A stretch of DNA of 63,736 nt, filler included, from Octopus bimaculoides (Eukaryota), in the NCBI RefSeq assembly GCF_001194135.2. It is 6 parts of 5 records of this genome, joined end to end, with 100 filler letters (N's around TTAATTAATTAA, not from the genome) between each part and the next. Parts side by side here need not be neighbours in the genome. Positions count along the whole stretch, not along the records: positions 1 to 29,375 come from NC_068983.1; 5 more parts are not named here. One strand, given 5' to 3'. Numbering within the stretch: the stretch's first letter is position 1; each line of letters starts with the position of its first letter. The translations under genes were made by a program, and so were the position numbers. The notes under the pieces are model-generated. The model was not told the origin of the DNA. It ran no database searches and was given only the letters and a program-made list of their open reading frames with translations. Positions 1 through 12,650 of the stretch are shown piece after piece.

Positions 1-38
<38 letters not shown>

Positions 39-1401
39 AGCAGGACGCTGGAAACATCTTATAGCATTGTTTTTTCACCACTAGACGTATTTTATTCTGC
101 CTGTTGAAGTTACAAAACGGTATATGAAAGAGAAACTGTCTGAAAAATTTCTAATCGGATATATTTTATGTTTCTTCTACATATAAAATTGTGTACCTTG
201 TATTGGCAAATGAAACGTATGTAATAGTGATTAAATACTACCAAAATGTCTTCCAATATTTTTCAACTTTCATGCACACCTCACACAAATATACCATCGA
301 TATAGGACTTGGATTACTGGAATAAGCATATGTACTTCAAGAAGACACTTCACCACACATTCACGTACACATATGCATATGATGGGCTTATTTCGGTTTC
401 TGTCCACCAAATCACCAGATTCAATACTAAGTATACACAAAAGTTCTTGTTGATATATACAATGTTCGGAAGCTCACGGCTAGAAAAATACAGCCTGGCA
501 TCGGCAAGAAACGAATTTTAGTTATGGCTGGAAAGTGTAACAAAAATTTAAAGGCCCATAAATTATTATGTGAAGTTATTTGAACTTTAACCCTATTACA
601 AGCTCACTATTCTTCAATTCTATTTTTTGGTATAATCGTCATATGTCCAGCTGTTGTTTCTCAATTTAATTCTGGTTTATATATTATATTATAGCATTTC
701 ATTTATTGCTAGGTAAAGAAATTATCTTTATGTTTTCTTTACCTAGAGAGAGNNNNNNNNNNNNNNNNNNNNNNNNNNNNNNNNNNNNNNNNNNNNNNNN
801 NNNNNNNNNNNNNNNNNNNNNNNNNNNNNNNNNNNNNNNNNNNNNNNNNNNNNNNNNNNNNNNNNNNNNNNNNNNNNNNNNNNNNNNNNNNNNNNNNNNN
901 NNNNNNNNNNNNNNNNNNNNNNNNNNNNNNNNNNNNNNNNNNNNNNNNNNNNNNNNNNNNNNNNNNNNNNNNNNNNNNNNNNNNNNNNNNNNNNNNNNNN
1001 NNNNNNNNNNNNNNNNNNNNNNNNNNNNNNNNNNNNNNNNNNNNNNNNNNNNNNNNNNNNNNNNNNNNNNNNNNNNNNNNNNNNNNNNNNNNNNNNNNNN
1101 NNNNNNNNNNNNNNNNNNNNNNNNNNNNNNNNNNNNNNNNNNNNNNNNNNNNNNNNNNNNNNNNNNNNNNNNNNNNNNNNNNNNNNNNNNNNNNNNNNNN
1201 NNNNNNNNNNNNNNNNNNNNNNNNNNNNNNNNNNNNNNNNNNNNNNNNNNNNNNNNNNNNNNNNNNNNNNNNNNNNNNNNNNNNNNNNNNNNNNNNNNNN
1301 NNNNNNNNNNNNNNNNNNNNNNNNNNNNNNNNNNNNNNNNNNNNNNNNNNNNNNNNNNNNNNNNNNNNNNNNNNNNNNNNNNNNNNNNNNNNNNNNNNNN
1401 N

Positions 1402-1439
<38 letters not shown>

Positions 1440-2380
1440 TGTGTGTGTGTGTGTGTGTGTGTGTGTACACAATATAGTTATATATAAAATAGACAGCCCT
1501 GAAGACAATATGAAATATAAGAATACATTCGGAAAATACACGACTGAGGGCGTAAGTTTAGATTTGGAAGCCTGTACACTCTTTCTGTTTTCTTTCATTT
1601 TTATTTTATCTATCTATTTATTTATTTAGTTATTTATTTATTACACAAGTATCAGAAACGAAAATCAGAAATAAAGGCTAACACCTGCGATACATTAACG
1701 ATTACTCGTGATATAAACTTGCCTACATTTTGGTAAATATAGTTATGGTAACAAATAAATACAAAACAAATTCAGTAACAAAGAACTTTTCGTAATGCAC
1801 AACATTTTTACATTAAATTTTTTTCTCTTCAAAATTCTTTATATGTTACATGAAGTTCTTTCAAAATATCGAAATAGAAGAGAAGAATTGACACTAGTAT
1901 TGACATAGGTAACAAGTGAAAAATGTTTTTATGCTTCTTAATTTTGTCTTGTGACCTGAATTCTCTAGTACAAATCACGAGGTAGATAGACATGTACTTT
2001 TAGCCTTATACAATATAAAAACGTATGAGATTGTGTATACACACACACACACACACACACATACATACATACATACATACATACATACATACACACACAT
2101 TATATATATATACTTATGTTCTTACACTATGCAAATAAACATTTTCAAATATGTGAACGAAATATTAATTTTTAAATGTTACAAAAAATATGTGCACACC
2201 AAAGAAGATTTGCTGTATTCCATATTTTATCCACTTTCGTTTTGCTAAACGCAGATATTACTGATAATTTCAATTCTAATATATTATTTCCCCTGACACT
2301 TTTGCACCAGTGATTGTTATTGCATCTGTAGGAATTCTGATTTGTGTACCGTGGTGTAAATCTTCTTCATTGTGATTAAA

Positions 2381-2790
2381 ATGGCTCCAAAGGGAAAGCA
2401 ATTGTCTGAAGATTTGTAGAAAATTATTTTTAATTTGCACAAGAATGGTTTAGAATACAAGTCAATTAGCAAACGAATACGTATTAGCGTAAACACATTT
2501 TCCAAAGCAATTCAGTATGACAAAGCTACTGGACGGCTGAGCAATAGACATCATCCAGGTCGTCCTTCTATTTTAACTGCGCGTGACATACGCTACATTC
2601 GACGTTGCATGATGGACGGCAGGTGTTGTACCTCTTCATCTTTTGCTCAAATAGTGTCGGCTGTTAGTGGGAAGAGGTCTCCCAAAATTGAACCAGTGTG
2701 GTTTTCATGAATGCATTCCTCGTATGAAACCTCTCCTCACTACGAGGCATAAATCAAGTCGTCTTTCTTTCCTGAAACCTATGTCAGGGG
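2381..2790 (+). pseudogene. Tc1-like transposase N-terminal (paired/HTH DNA-binding) remnant
   Basis: From ATG 2381: MAPKGKQLSEDL*KIIFNLHKNGLEYKSISKRIRISVNTFSK...GRPSILTARDIRYIRR, then after a frameshift CGFHECIPRMKPLLTTRHKSSRLSF. The GRP and R.KPLL motifs are typical of Tc1. Contains a stop and a frameshift. Confidence 0.8.
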
Positions 2791-4068
2791 AAGGAGTTTT
2801 GTTGTCATTATTTTCCCCTTTCACAACTTGGTTTGTAAATTATCCGATTTTCCCTCACTGACGGCTAACAAAATTTTGCAGTTTATGTGGAGCACCATGT
2901 CAGACTTCATCAAAGCATTTCAACAGCGATCATCGAAGTCAAAACACAAGCAAACAGAATAAACGTTGTAAAACATCCCATCCAATACTACTGCCAGTCA
3001 ACCGCTCTAGATTGGAGCATTATTTACCGATGTTGAATGATTAAAATACAGAACTGATCCAAGCGGCATTTGAACTCTAAAGGCAAGCAACCAGAACAAA
3101 TAACTCAACAGGAGTTTGAACAATACGCTAACGATTCGACTAGTTTGACGTCAAAGCCTTTAAAGTTTTGATAATTTTAACGTGAAAAAAATAGGAAAAT
3201 TCTTTAACTAAGTCACATGCTCAGCTGGTGTTTTATTTATATAACATCAGAGATAATTCTAAGATCCAATATATTTGTGCTACATCTGCGTTTATCTAAA
3301 CAACGTAGTTCAGATCGGCTCCTACAAAATACTCAGAGACTGCTGTAGGGATAATGAAGTTAGTTCAAACTAAAACCATAGCCTTCCCTACATCCTTGCT
3401 GCTCTCTGAACATAAATGCAAAAAAAAAAAAATGTCAGCTTGATCTAGCTTCTACTGATGTTAACAAATCTCACTCGTCATACAATTTATGAACACTGAG
3501 TATGCAACACCGTACGCATACTAAATTTTAGAGTCAGAGACAAGTTCTGCTGGTGATCGGTGCTACTTGGTGATGGGACCTTGTTTTGATGATGGAATCT
3601 CGAGAATTTACCTGAGGGGGGCAGTCTCCTACAATCAGAGAAAGAAGCAAATCTAGAGTGTCATCCTGATAAATGCCTGCTATTATTCGAAAATACAGAG
3701 CTGGAATACTTGCATTTTGCCTATAGTTCATGTTAAATTTCTATCTACCACATATCAAGGGTCTTATGCACATAGGAATTTTGGTATAAACATGTCAGTG
3801 TACCGTATATACGTGCTTTGGTTTTTGCGCTGCAATTATGTGGATTAGCATCCCCTCCGCTTTATTAGCAAGTGGTAAACAGAGTGGGTAAAGAAGTAAT
3901 TGCCTCAAACAGAATAACACCCCACAAAGAGGATACGAATCGACCAGCCTTCTGCTCACAGAACTTAGCAATCAATAGATTAAATATAGACCTAGCAGTT
4001 TAAGCTAACCATATACAACCATATATAACAAATATAATATTTTGAGGCAAGGTAGTGATGATTATAAA

Positions 4069-4107
<39 letters not shown>

Positions 4108-4109
<2 letters not shown>

Positions 4110-4220
4110 GAGAATGTACGAAAAACAACGACAACAGACGAGGACAGGTGGTGTAAACAACAAAAGGATGTATTAGTATGACGCTCGGGAATACGGAAAG
4201 TCATTAACGTTTCGAGCTGT
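4108..4220 (-). mobile_element. PLE-terminus-type repeat fragment (same family as 26100-26230)
   Basis: Shares ACAACAGACGA.GACAGGT..TGTAAACAAC...ATGTATTAGT.T.ACGCT.GGGAA...GAAAGTC.TT.ACGTTTCGA with 26130-26210. Other partial copies at ~7381-7430 and ~20235-20275. Confidence 0.65.
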
Positions 4221-4232
4221 ATCAATCAATCG

Positions 4233-4292
<60 letters not shown>

Positions 4293-5174
4293 GTCTGTCT
4301 CTCTGTCTGTCTGCCTGTCTGTCTATCTCTCTCTATATATATATGTGGGTGTGTGTGTGTGTGTGTGTGTATAAATAGATAGACAGATACAAAAGCATGT
4401 GTTTATTTGCATAAGTTTATATACGTACGCATACATATGTATGTCCATATACATATGAATATCTATACACATGTATATGCGTGCGTGTGTGTGCGCGCGC
4501 GCATAATTATGTATATAAATTTGTGAGTATTGAGATCAAAGCGTTTGTGTGGTGCACCTGTTTGAGGGGATATTTGTAATTAAATGCGAATAAATGTCAA
4601 TGTGTATATAAAATACAATATTTCTTGGAGATTAATGACAATTTCCGAGGTCTTAAATATATCAAAAGGCTATCGGTGTTACGAAGGTACAATTCTGGCT
4701 TGCTTACATCAACATCTGCGTGATGACTAACCAGGCCCTTACAGTATATGAACATAGATTAAGTGACATTAGGCTTCAAATAAAAGAAGGAAAAACGTAC
4801 GCAGAATCTAAATCTATATTTATGATATGTTAATTACACACACATGCTCACGTACTGATGTGTATATGACCTTTTAAAAAACAATATTAAGTTATAGTAA
4901 GCCATTTGTATTCTAGACCTATGTGACAAAATATTTTATGACCCAGCTGTTTTTCTTCACATAAAGAGTTTCCTTTATTTCTTCGAGCTAAAATACCCGA
5001 TGTCATTACAACCATTATTAAAAATATATATGAATTTCTTACGATGTCAGAAGAGGGAAAATTATTTGCGAAAACATAATTCAGATGTTGTGGTGTTCAT
5101 CAATCGTCTATCATTTACTGCTACGTCGCAATACTACACAGTGGCTGTGTGAGCTACGGAATCCTCGTCACCAC

Positions 5175-5576
5175 TGTTATGTCTCAAGCTACTGCTATCT
5201 AGCACCTTCGGATGATCTCTACTCAACCGCTACACAACTGCTACTCGACTGCTACTGAACAGACTACCTCTATTTAATAGTACAAATAATATGTGAGTAT
5301 ATGCATATATACGTACATGTATGTACATACCTACANNNNNNNNNNCTCTATTTAATAGTACAAATAATATGTGAGTATATGCATATATACGTACATGTAT
5401 GTACATACCTACATCTCCATGTATATATAGATGCATATCTGGGTACAGGACGTCACAAAAAAACGTGGACAAAATGAAAAACAGAACATAAACAGAGCAC
5501 AGAAAACAAACTGGCCACATAGAGAATATTTCCTTCGGGAGATCCTACGTCTTCGCCTGGGGGCGTCGACACAACA
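5175..5576. mobile_element. LTR-like repeat copy, interrupted by an insertion and a gap
   Basis: 5175-5260 and 5538-5576 match the two ends of 9282-9457 (TGTTATG...GGGGGCGTCGACACAACA). No TSD visible. Confidence 0.65.
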
Positions 5577-6653
5577 TTTAGTAACCTTAATGCATTAATC
5601 GAGTTCATGAAAGTGACTTGTCGATTAAGTTCAGCGGCAAAAATCTTGTAAAACGTTAGATAGTTAAAAACATAATCGTTGTTGCCAAGGAAGTTTTTTT
5701 AATGTTAATTAAACACAAAGACGTGTTTAAAACATTTATACTGCAATTTCAAAATATGAGCAACATGGAACAACAACGATAACTCAAAAATAATTAGCAG
5801 TAAAATATGTTCCAAAACACGTTGCTGTCTCACTAAAGGTGGACACATTGGATAATTATAATCAAGATACTTTACTATATGAAAAACGAAAAGACAGGAT
5901 GTTCTTGTCTACAAAGCCTTTCATTATAGATCTGTTGGAAGAGGCTAAAACAGTGCTGGTTAAACACAAGTGTGGAAGTGCGTACACATCCACAACGCAC
6001 GCGCTTATATATACATATACACCTCCATATAATGTTGATGCATATTATTTATGAACTTATCTAACATACTATATACGATTTAAGTTGGTTCCTAACCAAT
6101 ATCATTCAATAATCAATTTATTCGCCCATCGGTTTTCATATTCATATTTGCTTATACTAGTAAGTTGGTATGCATTTTAAAATTTGATTAAGAAGCAATG
6201 TTTTTAAAACTAGATTTATTTTACCTAACACGAGATGACATTGTCTGGTTATACAGTCTAACTATAATTAATTCACAGTGGAGAGAATACTTTCGCTGTT
6301 TGAATTACATTCGTTTCAAAATGCTTGGATTTTGTAAAAATCTAGTGGAGTATTTCAGTTCCGTTTTATAAATTCAGTTGACAAAGAAATATTTTAGTTT
6401 CGTCTTAGTGCAACGAAGAATCTTTACTGAAACAATAATTCTATAAAATAAATAAACATTTGCTACTGTTATAGCTAACTTGTATAGTGTTCTCTTTAGA
6501 TTTCTCGTCTCTTTAAACTTTGATTTAAGCATTTTTGCCTGATATATATCTCATACACACAAACACGCATATACACACGGTGCGCGCACACACACACGCA
6601 CACACACGACGCGCGTACACATAGAAACGGATACATGTGCATGTATGTATGTA

Positions 6654-7202
6654 TGAAGGCGAGTCTAAAAGTAATGCCATTTTATTTAGGACAGGTATAA
6701 TTACCCACACAGGAACATGTATTATACATCAAAATGAAGGTGGTTCTCTGTGAATCACATCCCTACTTCTCAACAAAGTCGCCGTTTCGCTCAATAGCAA
6801 CGCTCGATCTTCGAATGAGAGCATGTATCCCTGCCCCGTAAAATTATGTTGTCTGTTCTTTGAGCAACTTCTTTACTACCTTCAGACTCACCAGATTTCG
6901 TGCCTTCAGACTATCATCTCTTCGGCGCCACGAAAGCGGGTTTGAGAGGCAAAGATTATTCCAGTGACGAGGAAGTGAAAACTGTAGTGAAGAAGTGGTT
7001 CAAAGAACAGTCGACAGAATTTTACGGGGCAGGGATACATGCTCTCATTCGAAGGTGGAACATTGCCATTGAGAGAAACGGTGACTATGTCGAGAAGTAA
7101 GGATGTGATCCACAGAGGACCAGCTTCATTTTGATGTATGATACATGTACTTGTGTTGGTAATTATACCTGTCCTAAACAAAATGGCATTACTTTTTGAC
7201 TC
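6654..7202. mobile_element. Non-autonomous mariner derivative with ~230-bp inverted arms
   Basis: TA then TGAAGGCGAGTCTAAAAGTAATGCC at the left end; the reverse complement GGCATTACTTTTTGACTC sits at the right end, cut by a gap. 6661-6885 is the inverted copy of ~6975-7202. The centre reads PDFVPSDYHLFGATKAGLRGKDYSSDEEVKTVVKKWFKEQSTEFYGAGIHALIRRWNIAIERNGDYVEK*, a mariner C-terminus of the YSPDLAPSDY type. Confidence 0.9.
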
Positions 7203-7458
7203 NNNNNNNNNNNNNNNNNNNNNNNNNNNNNNNNNNNNNNNNNNNNNNNNNNNNNNNNNNNNNNNNNNNNNNNNNNNNNNNNNNNNNNNNNNNNNNNNNN
7301 NNNNNNNNNNNNNNNNNNNNNNNNNNNNNNNNNNNNNNNNNNNNNNNNNNNNNNNNNNNNNNNNNATATATATATATATAGGGAGCATTGCCGAAAAAAC
7401 AACAGACGAAGACAGGTAGTGTAGTAAGCTTATATGTATAAATTTATGTACGCTTCCA

Positions 7459-7496
<38 letters not shown>

Positions 7497-8989
7497 GAGA
7501 GGAGGGATAGAGAAAAAGAAAGAGTACACATAACCTTGTTTTTCACATCTATGAGAAACATATCAATTATTGGAATGTTTATTGCTGACTGATATCTTTG
7601 AAACGAGAACGAGGCACCTGAAAAGAAGATACATCGATAATAGGGTTCATTGAGTTGGGTTCTTGCACCTACATTTACAAGGCTATGGCCATAAAAAAAA
7701 ACTCCCTCAAACGATGCAATTGAACATTATGAATCATAATGTCATAATGACACGACTCCTCAAAATACATAATAAAATAAGTATTTGTAATAACATGTGA
7801 CCCATTAATAATTAAAGCATGGTGTTCTCATTATCGAATTAAAATTATATTATTACAAGAACGTATCATTGTAGAGAGCACTTCTATAAGTTAAGCCACA
7901 ACGTTGAGTGAAATGATTGGTTCCATGGCAAATATAGAAAATAGAAGTCTCTCAGTCATAACTGATTTAATATCAGTGGGATGCAATACTATATTATCCA
8001 TTGCAGTAATTATACTCCATCATAATTTCTTTATCTTTGTTATATATAAGAAATTTTCTCGGAAGAAAGCAGCATTTAGTTTATTAGAATGAATTGATAA
8101 AATTTGTTAGACGTTTGTGCATATGAAATTACGATTCTACACATTACGTTGGAGTTTCCAAGTCTAGATTGAAATATCCAACGAAAACCAGTTTTCTAGT
8201 TTGCAATCATGCATAATCTCAAATAAAAATGCATTACGTGACACAAATGCCATATCTCAAAGCAGCAATCAAAGAATGTCAGAATGTATCATATTGTGAA
8301 ATAAAGGAAACGTTGAGAATAAATTACAGCTTTGATCTCTTTATAGTTTTATAACATATTATTGATTGTGTATCGCTATACGTCGCACCCAACAAAATGG
8401 AGATGCACAACAATAGCAATAATAATTGTAACAAATCAGCTACGCTTACAAAACGACTTACCAAGCAGTCTTCTTAATAAAAGGTTAAAACCGATTATAT
8501 CTTTCATGTTCCAACTTACCTAACGCTATCTTACAAAACGTATAAATCACTCGTACGTTAGACTGTATGGAAAAAGATTGTTATATTTTTAAACGTGCAC
8601 GTTCCATATTACCAGTCTCGATCTTTTTAGATTAATATTCTTTTAGGTACATGAATAATTTTGTTTGATTCCCTGAGGTATATTACTATACTAAGAGAAC
8701 AGACATTGCATTATCAAGAACGCCTTCTTGTACGCCACCTCATAGCCATGAACAATGCGGAATCAAAACTTTAAAGTCTGTATAAATTTTAGTGTTTATT
8801 ATCACTGATGATTATTTCTTACAACGACACATGCACATCATGTCAAAATCTATATCTCTAAAACTGGCTATTACTTTTACTGTCAGAAAATATCCAGTTC
8901 TAAAGTGTTACTAATTCTCCACAAGACACAGTTCTCTCACGAAAAACACATTAAACATTCCATAAATATTCTCTGTAATTCCTTCGACA

Positions 8990-9850
8990 TGGCTGACTTT
9001 GCAGAATTTATTCGGACTTCGAATCCCAGTGACAGAAAACGTATTTCTCATAAATCGATGTGTTGAACACTGTATTCAGGCCATTGACCATGCCAATGCT
9101 CTGCTGGAATTTTTAACTACACCTACACAATTGATTCCACTTTCTCTTGAGCCATTCTATCTTGCGATTGAAAGACAGACTCATCGGCGTCTTCCAAATT
9201 CTATTTTCTAACCCCAAGACCGCTCTGATCCTCCCCACACAGCCATTCGCCGCTGGCAAAAAGGATAACATCCTATGAAACTGTTATGTGTCAAGCTACT
9301 GCTATCTACCTCCCTCGAATGATCTCTACTCAACCGCTACACAACTACTACTCGACTGCTACTCAACTGCTACTCAACACTCTTACCACGGCCAGACTAC
9401 ATCGATTTATATGTCTTGGGAGATCCTACTTCTTCGCCTGGGGGCGTCGACACAACAGAAACCACGTAGTAAAATCCTTGGCGCCAGCCAAACATTAGCA
9501 GTTATTTTTGAAAATACAAAACATTTCCCTATATCAATTAACAACACACGCCAAATCACCACTTTACACAGAAATTTTTCCTGCCCATCTTCCAGCCTCT
9601 TTTATGTTTGAGAAATGTATCGTCACCTAGCAAATCGCTTTCGGGTGCATATTCGAAGCACTCAACGAATTTATTCTTGTCCAACTGGTCAGCACACGGT
9701 TCAACGCAACAAAACATTCTATTACTAACTTTTTAGTGAGCAACATCCATCTCTGCATCAGGGATCCATAACGTGAAAGCAACGGAAGGCAATATTGTCC
9801 TGTATTCGAACTTGGCAACATGTACTTGATGTGTTTAAATGAATATTCTC
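8990..9850 (+). pseudogene. Decayed Penelope-like element (linker + GIY-YIG endonuclease region)
   Basis: Fragments in shifting frames resemble a PLE GIY-YIG domain: TTLHRNFSCPSSSLFYV, HLANRFRVHIRS, RFNATKHSITNFLVS, VFELGNMYLMCLNEYS. Interrupted by the solo LTR at 9282-9457. Confidence 0.6.
9282..9457. mobile_element. Solo LTR (176 bp) with 5-bp TSD
   Basis: Begins TGTTATGTG and ends CACAACA (TG...CA with short inverted termini). Flanked by GAAAC at 9277-9281 and 9458-9462. A second copy lies at 5175-5576. Confidence 0.8.
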
Positions 9851-10000
9851 CAATCTACACTTCCACTCCCTCTCATTTCAGTAATTCCTTTCTTATCATT
9901 CAACCTCTCTCTCACTTCATTTATTCCCTCGGCCATACCACGGCCTCCACCCATTTCACTTTCTGATTTCATTTTCCTCTCCTTTCATCTCCATTAACAG

Positions 10001-10250
10001 GGAGGCGAGTGGCTTAATGGTTAAAGTGTTGGACTCTTGACCGCGAGATTGTTGTCTCAATTCATGAACAGAGAAGTGCATCGTGTTCTTGAACAAAACA
10101 CTTCATTTCCCGATGCTCCATTCCACTCAGCTGCCAAAAAAGAGTATTCCTGCGACGGGCCTGCGTCCCGTCCAGATGGTGGATGCATACGCCTCAGAAA
10201 CCGGGAGAAAAGCCCTATGGCTCTATATGATCCAGGAAGGAGTTTTATCC
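10001..10250 (+). mobile_element. tRNA-derived SINE, family C
   Basis: Head GGAGGCGAGTGGCTTAATGGTTAAAGTGTTGGACTC (A-box-like), middle TTCTTGAACAAAACACTTCATTTC...CACTCAGCTG, then CCTGCGACGGGCCTGCGTCCCGTCCAG...GAAACCGGGA. Homologous to 46277-46532. Confidence 0.75.
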
Positions 10251-10882
10251 ATATGCTGTCTATGTCACCAAGTTTATCTCTAATTGTTAATCACGCATAA
10301 TCTTGTGTTCCTTATCAGCTGCAGCCAGTTTCTCAAACATACTCATTGTAAAACTCTATTAGTTTTGTTTTTCCAATTTCCTCGTATCGACTTTATCCTG
10401 TAGAAAGATCTCTCTGAAACGTTGGATTTTTCACGTACCACGGAAACTTGACAGAGCATTTAGTTAATTTTCTGAAATAATACAAATCTCGCAGAGACAA
10501 AACATCACCCATCCCCATGGATTCATTTTAGCACACACACACAAAAACACACATACACGTGTATATATATATATATATATATATATAAATGAAATACTCA
10601 AACACTGAGATTTGAAGTCACTACTGTTCATATCATCTGTGGATAAATTCAAATTTTGATGATATCACCAGTAGTAGCATTGGTGGAACGCAGTTATGAT
10701 AGCTTTAAGGAGCTATGAAATATCCTAATGATGCTTAATGAGCATCTAGCTGCTAGAAATAAGAGCCAAGTCTTAAATAATCCACCGTAGCGCACCAATA
10801 TAACAGAGAAAAACAGTATGCGAGGAAAACAGGCCGAATTAAAACATTTAACACAAATAAAAATATTATGCAATTACGGATA

Positions 10883-10938
10883 TCCACAAACCAGGTTTCT
10901 GCTTTTGGTTATTCAACCTTGAGCTTCGTCAGTGTGGA
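10883..10938 (-). ncRNA. Type I hammerhead ribozyme motif, intact core
   Basis: Minus strand: UCCACA CUGACGA A GCU CAA GGUU GAAU AACC AAA AGC A GAAAC CUG GUU^ UGUGGA. Stem I is a perfect 6 bp (UCCACA/UGUGGA); all core nucleotides are present; GUU cleavage triplet. Confidence 0.75.
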
Positions 10939-12163
10939 CCACCAGTTTAAACTCATGACTGTTCCCGTTATATATATATATATATATNNNNNNNNNNNNN
11001 NNNNNNNNNNNNNNNNNNNNNNNNNNNNNNNNNNNNNNNNNNNNNNNNNNNNNNNNTATATACACATACATATATTCATACGAACATACATATATCTATG
11101 ATATATCCGCACGTTTAAAATGGTGAATAATTTACAGGGAAATTTCTCAAAGGCCCGTAGAGATTAACAATCTTTCTGTTTTCTTTTCGTTCTATATTCT
11201 GATTTAATGCTGTGCAGCGTTATCTTCGTTATATTATATTTTCAATAAATATGTATAGTCAATAATTTGCTTCTGAATATTTAATGTGTTTGCATACAAG
11301 ATTTAGCACTTAAAATAATTTATATTGCGCTACTTTCAATATTTGCACTTATTATATTCCAACAATATACGAACAAACTCTAGTAAATCTAAATCAAATC
11401 TATACATAAATCATAGAAACAAACCTCGTGCGATATTTGAAAAAGCGCTCCAGTAGCCAGGTTTATCAATTGATTTAAGAAAAACACACCTAAGAAAATT
11501 CTGTCAGGATGAAATAAATAGCTGCAAGGGGAAAATAAAATTATATATAGTTATAAATAAGGATCAGATAAGAATAATATCAATATATAATTATAGATTT
11601 GTAGTGAGCAAAGTGGTATACATATATAATGTCAACATTTAAACAATATCAATAATTAAAGACGGAGACTAGAGAGGAAAATATTTCATTGTATCAGGTT
11701 TGATCAATTATTCCTATACTTGTTCTCCGGTTTAGTATACTTAGGTTCGATCCTTACTTTGCTCCGTTCATCTTCTATCCTGCTCTCAATGGTTTTAGTC
11801 ATTCGATTTTATCTCATGCACAGCACGTAAATGCTTAATCGGGTTAAGGTGTTCTGGATACTTTCCTTGTACGAATATAATTCACGAAAATTATAAAATG
11901 CAAAATGGACGTTGACATAAGTGGATGGAATTTATCCGTGTCATATAGTATTCATTTCATTATAATATATTAAGTATTGGCGTTTTATTATTATTTGTTT
12001 ATTATTTCTTAACAAATCTCTCTCTCCCTCACACACACACGCACACACGCACACACACACAAACACACTCGTACACACAGACACACACATTAGTATAACC
12101 ATATTACGGTAGAGCTTCCATCTACGGAATTTCACTCATAAGAATTTAGCAAACCGTTCCATA

Positions 12164-12366
12164 TACTCTCTTACTATTTTACTTGTTTCAGTCATTGGAC
12201 TGCGGCCATGCTGGAGCACCGCCTTTAGTCGAGCAAATGGACCACAGGACTTATTCTTTGTAGGCCTAGTACTTATTCTATCGGTCTCTTTTGCCGAACC
12301 TCTATGTTATGGGGGCGTAAACACACCAGCATCGGTTGTCAAGCGATGTTGGGGGGGGGGACAAAC

Positions 12367-12397
<31 letters not shown>

Positions 12398-12423
12398 CAC
12401 ACACGCACACACACACAGGCATA

Positions 12424-12487
<64 letters not shown>

Positions 12488-12650
12488 CGACAGGCTTCTT
12501 TCAGTTTCCGTCTACCAAATCCACTCACAAGGCTTTGGTCGGCCCGAGGCTATAATAGAAGACACTTGCCCAAGGTGCCAAGCAGTGGGACTGAACCCGG
12601 TACCATGGGGTTGGTAAACAAGCTACTTCCTATAATGCCACTCCTACGCC
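12164..12650 (-). mobile_element. tRNA-derived SINE, family A (internal TA/CA microsatellite), full length
   Basis: Head ...GGAGTGGC...GGTTCAGTCCCACTG, CORE-like GGCACCTTGGGCAAGTGTCTTCTATTATAGCCTCGGGCCGACC, internal (TA)n(TG)n, tail GGCGGTGCTCCAGCATGGCCGCAGTC.AATGACTGAAACAAGTAAAA. Near-identical to 13544-13966 and 32720-33146. Confidence 0.9.

Noticed and set aside
5268-5412. Exact ~68-bp direct repeat either side of a 10-N gap
   Set aside because: Typical unmerged contig overlap; assembly artefact.
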